Source: Auanema rhodensis
Lineage: Eukaryota > Animalia > Nematoda
Direction of reading: 5' to 3'
Length of the DNA: 64,000 nt
Assembly: GCA_964057225.1 (NCBI GenBank)
Contig: OZ059900.1
Span: 17,918,001 to 17,982,000, forward strand
The notes below the pieces were generated by a model that saw nothing but the letters and a program-made list of their open reading frames with translations, was not told where the DNA came from and ran no database searches. The position numbers and the translations under genes are program-made. Shown here in pieces: positions 1 to 12,100 of this stretch (its first letter is position 1; the number at the start of each line of letters is the position of its first letter).

Positions 1-146
1 TTTGTCGTGAAAGTGGAATTAGACGTTGTAGGAACAATTTTGAGCTAGGTTTCATTGACATTGCATGAGTTTGAACACATGAAATCGTAAGTCAAAACCT
101 TGTTTACAGCGAAATTTCCAAAAACTGGTTTTCCAGCATAATAAAA

Positions 147-164
147 TATTTCTCATGGGAAATA
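147..164. other. 18-bp near-perfect palindrome TATTTCTCATGGGAAATA, present in most monomers (first copy shown)
   Basis: The reverse complement is TATTTCCCATGAGAAATA, i.e. one mismatched pair. Function unknown. Confidence 0.9.
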
Positions 165-3100
165 CTGTGTTTTTGTATTTTTCTAGTGTTCAGCATGTGA
201 AACACTTCATTTTAGTATGTAACACGCTGAAATTCAATGCATTTGACGAATCATATGAACAAAAATCGATTTAATCAATATAAGCCATAGAGGCGTGCCC
301 TCAGAATATGCTAATTTCCTTAATTTTCTAACCCCTGTTTTTTGTCGTGAAAGTGGAACTAGACGTTGTAGGAACAATTTTGAGCTAGGTTTCATTGACA
401 TTGCATGAGTTTGAACACATGAAATCGTAAGTCAAAACCTTGTTTACAGCGAAATTTCCAAAAACTGGTTTTCCAGCATAATAAAATATTTCTCATGGGA
501 AATAATGTGTTTTTGTATTTTTCTAGTGTTCAGCATGTAAAATACTTCATTTTAGTATGTAACACGCTGAAATTCGTTGCATTTGACGACTCATATGAAC
601 AAAAATCGATTTAATCAATATTAGCCATAAGGGGCGTGCCCTCAGAATGTGCTAATTTCCTTAATTTTCTAACCCCTGTTTTTTTGTCGTGAAAGTGGAA
701 TTAGACGTTGTAAGAACAATTTTGAGCTAGGTTTCATTGACATTGCATGAGTTTGAACACATGAAATCGTAAGTCAAAACCTTGTTTACAGCGAACTTTC
801 CAAAAACTGGTTTTCCAGCATAATAAAATATTTCTCATGGGAAATACTGTGTTTTTGTATTTTTATAGTGTTCAGCATGTAAAATGCTTCATTTTAGTAT
901 GTAACACCCTGAAATTCGTTTCATTTGACGACTCATATGAACAAAAATCGATTTAATCAATATTAGCCATAAGGGGCGTGCCCTCAGAATATGCTAATTT
1001 CCTTAATTTTCTAACCCCTGTTTTTTTGTCGTGAAAGTGGAACTAGACGTTGTAGGAACAATTTTGAGCAAGGTTTCATTGACATTGCATGAGTTTGAAC
1101 ACATGAAATCGTAAGTCAAAACCTTGTTTACAGCGAAATTTCCAAAAACTGGTTTTCCAGCATAATAAAATATTTCTCATGGGAAATACTGTGTTTTTGT
1201 ATTTTTCTAGTGTTCAGCATGTGAAATACTTCATTTTAGTATGTAACACGCTGAAATTCGTTGCATTTGACGACTCATATGAACAAAAATCGATTTAATC
1301 AATATTAGCCATAAGGGGCGTGCCCTCAGAATATGCTAATTTCCTAAATTTTCTAACCCCTGTTTTTTTGTCGTGAAAGTGGAACTAGACGTTGTACGAA
1401 CAATTTTGAGCTAGGTTTCATTGACATTGCATGAGTTTGAACACATGAAATCGTAAGTCAAAACCTTGTTTACAGCGAAATTTCCAAAAACTGGTTTTCC
1501 AGCATAATAAAATATTTCTCATGGGTAAAACTGTGTTTTTGTATTTTTCTAGTGTTCAGCATGTAAAATGCTTCATTTTAGTATGTAACACGCTGAAATT
1601 CGTTGCATTTGACGACTCATATGAACCAAAATCGATTTAATCAATATTAGCCATAAGGGGCGTGCCCTCAGAATATGCTAATTTCCTAAATTTTCTAACC
1701 CCTGTTTTTTTGTCGTGAAAGTGGAACTAGACATTGTACGAACAATTTTGAGCTAGGTTTCATTGACATTGCATGAGTTTGAACACATGAAATCGTAAGT
1801 CAAAACCTTGTTTACAGCGAAATTTCCAAAAACTGGTTTTCCAGCATAATAAAATATTTCTCATGGGAAAAACTGTGTTTTTGTATTTTTCTAGTGTTCA
1901 GCTTGTAAAATGCTTCATTTTAGTATGTAACACGCTGAAATTTGTTGCATTTGACGACTCATATGAACAAAAATCGATTTAATCAATATTAGCCATAAGG
2001 GGCGTGCCCTCAGAATATGCTAATTTCCTTAATTTTCTAACCCCTGTTTTTTTGTCGTGAAAGTGGAACTAGACGTTGTACGAACAATTTTGAGCTAGGT
2101 TTCATTGACATTGCATGAGTTTGAACACATGAAATCGTAAGTCAAAACCTTGTTTACAGCGAAATTTCCAAAAACTGGTTTTCCAGCATAATAAAATATT
2201 TCTCATGGGAAATACTGTGTTTTTGTATTTTTCTAGTGTTCAGCATGTAAAATGCTCCATTTTAGTATGTAACACGCTGAAATTCGTTGCATTTGACGAC
2301 TCATATGAACAAAAATCGATTTAATCAATATTAGCCATAAGGGGCGTGCCCTCAGAATATGCTAATTTCCTTAATTTTCTAACCCCTGTTTTTTTGTCGT
2401 GAAAGTGGAATTAGACGTTGTAGGAACAATTTTGAGCTAGGTTTCATTGACATTGCATGAGTTTGAACACATGAAATCGTAAGTCAAAACCTTGTTTACA
2501 GCGAAATTTCCAAAAACTGGTTTTCCAGCATAATAAAATATTTCTCATGGGAAATACTGTGTTTTTGTATTTTTATAGTGTTCAGCATGTAAAATGCTTC
2601 ATTTTAGTATGTAACACGCTGAAATTCGTTGCATTTGACGACTCATATGAACAAAAATCGATTTAATCAATATTAGCCATAAGGGGCGTGCCCTCAGAAT
2701 ATGCTAATTTCCTTAATTTTCTAACCCCTGTTTTTTTGTCGTGAAAGTGGAATTAGACGTTGTAGGAACAATTTTGAGCTAGGTTTCATTGACATTGCAT
2801 GAGTTTGAACACATGAAATCGTAAGTCAAAACCTTGTTTACAGCGAAATTTCCAAAAACTGGTTTTCCAGCATAATAAAATATTTCTCATGGGAAATACT
2901 GTGTTTTTGTATTTTTCTAGTGTTCAGCATGTAAAATGCTTCATTTTAGTATGTAACACGCTGAAATTCGTTGCATTTGACGACTCATATGAACAAAAAT
3001 CGATTTAATCAATATTAGCCATAAGGGGCGTGCCCTCAGAATATGCTAATTTCCTTAATTTTCTAACCCCTGTTTTTTGTCGTGAAAGTGGAACTAGACG

Positions 3101-6100
3101 TTGTAGGAACAATTTTGAGCTAGGTTTCATTGACATTGCATGAGTTCGAACACATGAAATCGTAAGTCAAAACCTTGTTTACAGCGAAATTTCCAAAAAC
3201 TGGTTTTCCAGCATAATAAAATATTTCTCATGGGAAATACTGTGTTTTTGTATTTTTCTAGTGTTCAGCATGTAAAATACTCCATTTTAGTATGTAAAAC
3301 GCTGAAATTCGTTGCATTTGACGACTCATATGAACAAAAATCGATTTAATCAATATAAGCCATAAGGGGCGTGCCCTCAGAATATGCTAATTTCCTTAAT
3401 TTTCTAACCCCTGTTTTTTGTCGTGAAAGTGGAACTAGACGTTGTAGGAACAATTTTGAGCTAGGTTTCATTGACATTGCATGAGTTTGAACACATGAAA
3501 TCGTAAGTCAAAACCTTGTTTACAGCGAAATTTCCAAAAACTGGTTTTCCAGCATAATAAAATATTTCTCATGGGAAATACTGTGTTTTTGTATTTTTCT
3601 AGTGTTCAGCATGTAAAATACTTCATTTAAGTATGTAACACGCTGAAATTCGTTGCATTTGACGACTCATATGAACAAAAATCGATTTAATCAATATTAG
3701 CCATAAGGGGCGTGCCCTCAGAATATGCTAATTTCCTTAATTTTCTAACCCCTGTTTTTTTGTCGTGAAAGTGGAATAAGACGTTGTAGGAACAATTTTG
3801 AGCTAGGTTTCATTGACATTGCATGAGTTTGAACACATGAAATCGTAAGTCAAAACCTTGTTTACAGCGAACTTTCCAAAAACTGGTTTTCCAGCATAAT
3901 AAAATATTTCTCATGGGAAATACTAAGTTTTTGTATTTTTATAGTGTTCAGCATGTAAAATGCTTCATTTTAGTATGTAACACCCTGAAATTCGTTTCAT
4001 TTGACGACTCATATGAACAAAAATCGATTTAATCAATATTAGCCATAAGGGGCGTGCCCTCAGAATATGCTAATTTCCTTAATTTTCTAACCCCTGTTTT
4101 TTTGTCGTGAAAGTGGAACTAGACGTTGTAGGAACAATTTTGAGCAAGGTTTCATTGACATTGCATGAGTTTGAACACATGAAATCGTAAGTCAAAACCT
4201 TGTTTACAGCGAACTTTCCAAAAACTGGTTTTCCAGCATAATAAAATATTTCTCATGGGAAATACTGTGTTTTTGTATTTTTATAGTGTTCAGCATTTAA
4301 ATGCTTCATTTTAGTATGTAACACCCTGAAATTCGTTTCATTTGACGACTCATATGAACAAAAATCGATTTAATCAATATTAGCCATAAGGGGCGTGCCC
4401 TCAGAATATGCTAATTTCCTTAATTTTCTAACCCCTGTTTTTTGTCGTGAAAGTGGAACTAGACGTTGTAGGAACAATTTTGAGCTAGGTTTCATTGACA
4501 TTGCATGAGTTTGAACACATGAAATCGTAAGTCAAAACCTTGTTTACAGCGAAATTTCCAAAAACTGGTTTTCCAGCATAATAAAATATTTCTCATGGGA
4601 AATACTGTGTTTTTGTATTTTTCTAGTGTTCAGCATGTAAAACACTTCATTTTAGTATGTAACACGCTGAAATTCAATGCATTTGACGAATCATATGAAC
4701 AAAAATCGATTTAATCAATATAAGCCATAGAGGCGTGCCCTCAGAATATGCTAATTTCCTTAATTTTCTAACCCCTGTTTTTTGTCGTGAAAGTGGAACT
4801 AGACGTTGTAGGAACAATTTTGAGCTAGGTTTCATTGACATTGCATGAGTTTGAACACATGAAATCGTAAGTCAAAACCTTGTTTACAGCGAAATTTCCA
4901 AAAACTGGTTTTCCAGCATAATAAAATATTTCTCATGGGAAATACTGTGTTTTTGTATTTTTATAGTGTTCAGCATGTAAAATGCTTCATTTTAGTATGT
5001 AACACGCTGAAATTCGTTGCATTTGACGACTCATATGAACAAAAATCGATTTAATCAATATTAGCCATAAGGGGCGTGCCCTCAGAATATGCTAATTTCC
5101 TTAATTTTCTAACCCCTGTTTTTTTGTCGTGAAAGTGGAATTAGACGTTGTAGGAACAATTTTGAGCTAGGTTTCATTGACATTGCATGAGTTTGAACAC
5201 ATGAAATCGTAAGTCAAAACCTTGTTTACAGCGAAATTTCCAAAAACTGGTTTTCCAGCATAATAAAATATTTCTCATGGGAAATACTGTGTTTTTGTAT
5301 TTTTCTAGTGTTCAGCATGTAAAATGCTTCATTTTAGTATGTAACACGCTGAAATTCGTTGCATTTGACGACTCATATGAACAAAAATCGATTTAATCAA
5401 TATTAGCCATAAGGGGCGTGCCCTCAGAATATGCTAATTTCCTTAATTTTCTAACCCCTGTTTTTTGTCGTGAAAGTGGAACTAGACGTTGTAGGAACAA
5501 TTTTGAGCTAGGTTTCATTGACATTGCATGAGTTTGAACACATGAAATCGTAAGTCAAAACCTTGTTTACAGCGAAATTTCCAAAAACTGGTTTTCCAGC
5601 ATAATAAAATATTTCTCATGGGAAATACTGTGTTTTTGTATTTTTCTAGTGTTCAGCATGTAAAACACTTCATTTTAGTATGTAACACGCTGAAATTCAA
5701 TGCATTTGACGAATCATATGAACAAAAATCGATTTAATCAATATAAGCCATAGAGGCGTGCCCTCAGAATATGCTAATTTCCTTAATTTTCTAACCCCTG
5801 TTTTTTGTCGTGAAAGTGGAACTAGACGTTGTAGGAACAATTTTGAGCTAGGTTTCATTGACATTGCATGAGTTTGAACACATGAAATCGTAAGTCAAAA
5901 CCTTGTTTACAGCGAAATTTCCAAAAACTGGTTTTCCAGCATAATAAAATATTTCTCATGGGAAATACTGTGTTTTTGTATTTTTCTAGTGTTCAGCATG
6001 TAAAATTCTTCATTTTAGTATGTAACACGCTGAAATTCGTTGCATTTGACGACTCATATGAACAAAAATCGATTTAATCAATATTAGCCATAAGGGGCGT

Positions 6101-9100
6101 GCCCTCAGAATATGCTAATTTCCTTAATTTTCTAACCCCTGTTTTTTGTCGTGAAAGTGGAACTAGACGTTGTAGGAACAATTTTGAGCTAGGTTTCATT
6201 GACATTGCATGAGTTTGAACACATGAAATCGTAAGTCAAAACCTTGTTTACAGCGAAATTTCCAAAAACTGGTTTTCCAGCATAATAAAATATTTCTCAT
6301 GGGAAATACTGTGTTTTTGTATTTTTCTAGTGTTCAGCATGTGAAACACTTCATTTTAGTATGTAACACGCTGAAATTCAATGCATTTGACGAATCATAT
6401 GAACAAAAATCGATTTAATCAATATAAGCCATAGAGGCGTGCCCTCAGAATATGCTAATTTCCTTAATTTTCTAACCCCTGTTTTTTGTCGTGAAAGTGG
6501 AACTAGACGTTGTAGGAACAATTTTGAGCTAGGTTTCATTGACATTGCATGAGTTTGAACACATGAAATCGTAAGTCAAAACCTTGTTTACAGCGAAATT
6601 TCCAAAAACTGGTTTTCCAGCATAATAAAATATTTCTCATGGGAAATACTGTGTTTTTGTATTTTTCTAGTGTTCAGCATGTAAAATACTTCATTTTAGT
6701 ATGTAACACGCTGAAATTCGTTGCATTTGACGACTCATATGAACAAAAATCGATTTAATCAATATTAGCCATAAGGGGCGTGCCCTCAGAATGTGCTAAT
6801 TTCCTTAATTTTCTAACCCCTGTTTTTTTGTCGTGAAAGTGGAATTAGACGTTGTAAGAACAATTTTGAGCTAGGTTTCATTGACATTGCATGAGTTTGA
6901 ACACATGAAATCGTAAGTCAAAACCTTGTTTACAGCGAACTTTCCAAAAACTGGTTTTCCAGCATAATAAAATATTTCTCATGGGAAATACTGTGTTTTT
7001 GTATTTTTATAGTGTTCAGCATGTAAAATGCTTCATTTTAGTATGTAACACCCTGAAATTCGTTTCATTTGACGACTCATATGAACAAAAATCGATTTAA
7101 TCAATATTAGCCATAAGGGGCGTGCCCTCAGAATATGCTAATTTCCTTAATTTTCTAACCCCTGTTTTTTTGTCGTGAAAGTGGAACTAGACGTTGTAGG
7201 AACAATTTTGAGCAAGGTTTCATTGACATTGCATGAGTTTGAACACATGAAATCGTAAGTCAAAACCTTGTTTACAGCGAAATTTCCAAAAACTGGTTTT
7301 CCAGCATAATAAAATATTTCTCATGGGAAATACTGTGTTTTTTTATTTTTCTAGTGTTCAGCATGTGAAATACTTCATTTTAGTATGTAACACGCTGAAA
7401 TTCGTTGCATTTGACGACTCATATGAACAAAAATCGATTTAATCAATATTAGCCATAAGGGGCGTGCCCTCAGAATATGCTAATTTCCTAAATTTTCTAA
7501 CCCCTGTTTTTTTGTCGTGAAAGTGGAACTAGACGTTGTACGAACAATTTTGAGCTAGGTTTCATTGACATTGCATGAGTTTGAACACATGAAATCGTAA
7601 GTCAAAACCTTGTTTACAGCGAAATTTCCAAAAACTGGTTTTCCAGCATAATAAAATATTTCTCATGGGTAAAACTGTGTTTTTGTATTTTTCTAGTGTT
7701 CAGCATGTAAAATGCTTCATTTTAGTATGTAACACGCTGAAATTCGTTGCATTTGACGACTCATATGAACCAAAATCGATTTAATCAATATTAGCCATAA
7801 GGGGCGTGCCCTCAGAATATGCTAATTTCCTAAATTTTCTAACCCCTGTTTTTTTGTCGTGAAAGTGGAACTAGACATTGTACGAACAATTTTGAGCTAG
7901 GTTTCATTGACATTGCATGAGTTTGAACACATGAAATCGTAAGTCAAAACCTTGTTTACAGCGAAATTTCCAAAAACTGGTTTTCCAGCATAATAAAATA
8001 TTTCTCATGGGAAAAACTGTGTTTTTGTATTTTTCTAGTGTTCAGCTTGTAAAATGCTTCATTTTAGTATGTAACACGCTGAAATTTGTTGCATTTGACG
8101 ACTCATATGAACAAAAATCGATTTAATCAATATTAGCCATAAGGGGCGTGCCCTCAGAATATGCTAATTTCCTTAATTTTCTAACCCCTGTTTTTTTGTC
8201 GTGAAAGTGGAACTAGACGTTGTACGAACAATTTTGAGCTAGGTTTCATTGACATTGCATGAGTTTGAACACATGAAATCGTAAGTCAAAACCTTGTTTA
8301 CAGCGAAATTTCCAAAAACTGGTTTTCCAGCATAATAAAATATTTCTCATGGGAAATACTGTGTTTTTGTATTTTTCTAGTGTTCAGCATGTAAAATGCT
8401 CCATTTTAGTATGTAACACGCTGAAATTCGTTGCATTTGACGACTCATATGAACAAAAATCGATTTAATCAATATTAGCCATAAGGGGCGTGCCCTCAGA
8501 ATATGCTAATTTCCTTAATTTTCTAACCCCTGTTTTTTTGTCGTGAAAGTGGAATTAGACGTTGTAGGAACAATTTTGAGCTAGGTTTCATTGACATTGC
8601 ATGAGTTTGAACACATGAAATCGTAAGTCAAAACCTTGTTTACAGCGAAATTTCCAAAAACTGGTTTTCCAGCATAATAAAATATTTCTCATGGGAAATA
8701 CTGTGTTTTTGTATTTTTATAGTGTTCAGCATGTAAAATGCTTCATTTTAGTATGTAACACGCTGAAATTCGTTGCATTTGACGACTCATATGAACAAAA
8801 ATCGATTTAATCAATATTAGCCATAAGGGGCGTGCCCTCAGAATATGCTAATTTCCTTAATTTTCTAACCCCTGTTTTTTTGTCGTGAAAGTGGAATTAG
8901 ACGTTGTAGGAACAATTTTGAGCTAGGTTTCATTGACATTGCATGAGTTTGAACACATGAAATCGTAAGTCAAAACCTTGTTTACAGCGAAATTTCCAAA
9001 AACTGGTTTTCCAGCATAATAAAATATTTCTCATGGGAAATACTGTGTTTTTGTATTTTTCTAGTGTTCAGCATGTAAAATGCTTCATTTTAGTATGTAA

Positions 9101-12100
9101 CACGCTGAAATTCGTTGCATTTGACGACTCATATGAACAAAAATCGATTTAATCAATATTAGCCATAAGGGGCGTGCCCTCAGAATATGCTAATTTCCTT
9201 AATTTTCTAACCCCTGTTTTTTGTCGTGAAAGTGGAACTAGACGTTGTAGGAACAATTTTGAGCTAGGTTTCATTGACATTGCATGAGTTCGAACACATG
9301 AAATCGTAAGTCAAAACCTTGTTTACAGCGAACTTTCCAAAAACTGGTTTTCCAGCATAATAAAATATTTCTCATGGGAAATACTGTGTTTTTGTATTTT
9401 TATAGTGTTCAGCATGTAAAATGCTTCATTTTAGTATGTAACACGCTGAAATTCGTTGCATTTGACGACTCATATGAACAAAAATCGATTTAATCAATAT
9501 TAGCCATAAGGGGCGTGCCCTCAGAATATGCTAATTTCCTTAATTTTCTAACCCCTGTTTTTTTGTCGTGAAAGTGGAATTAGACGTTGTAGGAACAATT
9601 TTGAGCTAGGTTTCATTGACATTGCATGAGTTTGAACACATGAAATCGTAAGTCAAAACCTTGTTTACAGCGAAATTTCCAAAAACTGGTTCTCCAGCAT
9701 AATAAAATATTTCTCATGGGAAATACTGTGTTTTTGTATTTTTCTAGTGTTCAGCATGTAAAATGCTTCATTTTAGTATGTAACACGCTGAAATTCGTTG
9801 CATTTGACGACTCATATGAACAAAAATCGATTTAATCAATATTAGCCATAAGGGGCGTGCCCTCAGAATATGCTAATTTCCTTAATTTTCTAACCCCTGT
9901 TTTTTGTCGTGAAAGTGGAACTAGACGTTGTAGGAACAATTTTGAGCTAGGTTTCATTGACATTGCATGAGTTCGAACACATGAAATCGTAAGTCAAAAC
10001 CTTGTTTACAGCGAAATTTCCAAAAACTGGTTTTCCAGCATAATAAAATATTTCTCATGGGAAATACTGTGTTTTTGTATTTTTCTAGTGTTCAGCATGT
10101 AAAATACTCCATTTTAGTATGTAACACGCTGAAATTCGTTGCATTTGACGACTCATATGAACAAAAATCGATTTAATCAATATAAGCCATAAGGGGCGTG
10201 CCCTCAGAATATGCTAATTTCCTTAATTTTCTAACCCCTGTTTTTTGTCGTGAAAGTGGAACTAGACGTTGTAGGAACAATTTTGAGCTAGGTTTCATTG
10301 ACATTGCATGAGTTTGTACACATGAAATCGTAAGTCAAAACCTTGTTTACAGCGAAATTTCCAAAAACTGGTTTTCCAGCATAATAAAATATTTCTCATG
10401 GGAAATACTGTGTTTTTGTATTTTTCTAGTGTTCAGCATGTAAAATACTTCATTTAAGTATGTAACACGCTGAAATTCGTTGCATTTGACGACTCATATG
10501 AACAAAAATCGATTTAATCAATATTAGCCATAAGGGGCGTGCCCTCAGAATATGCTAATTTCCTTAATTTTCTAACCCCTGTTTTTTTGTCGTGAAAGTG
10601 GAATAAGACGTTGTAGGAACAATTTTGAGCTAGGTTTCATTGACATTGCATGAGTTTGAACACATGAAATCGTAAGTCAAAACCTTGTTTACAGCGAACT
10701 TTCCAAAAACTGGTTTTCCAGCATAATAAAATATTTCTCATGGGAAATACTAAGTTTTTGTATTTTTATAGTGTTCAGCATGTAAAATGCTTCATTTTAG
10801 TATGTAACACCCTGAAATTCGTTTCATTTGACGACTCATATGAACAAAAATCGATTTAATCAATATTAGCCATAAGGGGCGTGCCCTCAGAATATGCTAA
10901 TTTCCTTAATTTTCTAACCCCTGTTTTTTTGTCGTGAAAGTGGAACTAGACGTTGTAGGAACAATTTTGAGCAAGGTTTCATTGACATTGCATGAGTTTG
11001 AACACATGAAATCGTAAGTCAAAACCTTGTTTACAGCGAACTTTCCAAAAACTGGTTTTCCAGCATAATAAAATATTTCTCATGGGAAATACTGTGTTTT
11101 TGTATTTTTATAGTGTTCAGCATTTAAATGCTTCATTTTAGTATGTAACACCCTGAAATTCGTTTCATTTGACGACTCATATGAACAAAAATCGATTTAA
11201 TCAATATTAGCCATAAGGGGCGTGCCCTCAGAATATGCTAATTTCCTTAATTTTCTAACCCCTGTTTTTTTGTCGTGAAAGTGGAACTAGACGTTGTAGG
11301 AACAATTTTGAGCAAGGTTTCATTGACATTGCATGAGTTTGAACACATGAAATCGTAAGTCAAAACCTTGTTTACAGCGAAATTTCCAAAAACTGGTTTT
11401 CCAGCATAATAAAATATTTCTCATGGGAAATACTGTGTTTTTGTATTTTTCTAGTGTTCAGCATGTAAAATGCTTCATTTAAGTATGTAACACGCTGAAA
11501 TTCGTTGCATTTGACTACTCATATGAACAAAAATCGATTTAATCAATATTAGCCATAAGGGGCGTGCCCTCAGAATATGCTAATTTCCTTAATTTTCTAA
11601 CCCCTGTTTTTTTGTCGTGAAAGTGGAACTAGACGTTGTAGGAACAATTTTGAGCAAGGTTTCATTGACATTGCATGAGTTTGAACACATGAAATCGTAA
11701 GTCAAAACCTTGTTTACAGCGAACTTTCCAAAAACTGGTTTTCCAGCATAATAAAATATTTCTCATGGGAAATACTGTGTTTTTGTATTTTTATAGTGTT
11801 CAGCATGTAAAATGCTTCATTTTAGTATGTAACACCCTGAAATTCGTTTCATTTGACGACTCATATGAACAAAAATCGATTTAATCAATATTAGCCATAA
11901 GGGGCGTGCCCTCAGAATATGCTAATTTCCTTAATTTTCTAACCCCTGTTTTTTTGTCGTGAAAGTGGAACTAGACGTTGTACGAACAGTTTTGAGCTAG
12001 GTTTCATTGACATTGCATGAGTTTGAACACATGAAATCGTAAGTCAAAACCTTGTTTACAGCGAAATTTCCAAAAACTGGTTTTCCAGCATAATAAAATA

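Noticed and set aside
328-336. Telomere-like CTAACCCCT
   Set aside because: A single short motif per monomer, not tandem, and expected by chance.
1-342. Primate alpha-satellite dimer (length 2 x 171)
   Set aside because: Only short scattered word matches (CTCAGAA, AACTAGAC, TTGAAC) and no colinear similarity to the alphoid consensus as I recall it; the similarity is in length only.
1-342. Tandem 5S rRNA, tRNA or snRNA gene unit
   Set aside because: No recognisable 5S sequence, cloverleaf or convincing Pol III A/B boxes; the T tract alone is insufficient.
572-588. CENP-B-box-like ATTCGTTGCATTTGACG
   Set aside because: It matches TTCG and the central A of NTTCGNNNNANNCGGGN but lacks the CGGG half (6 of 9 core positions), and the site is mutated in several amplified subtypes.
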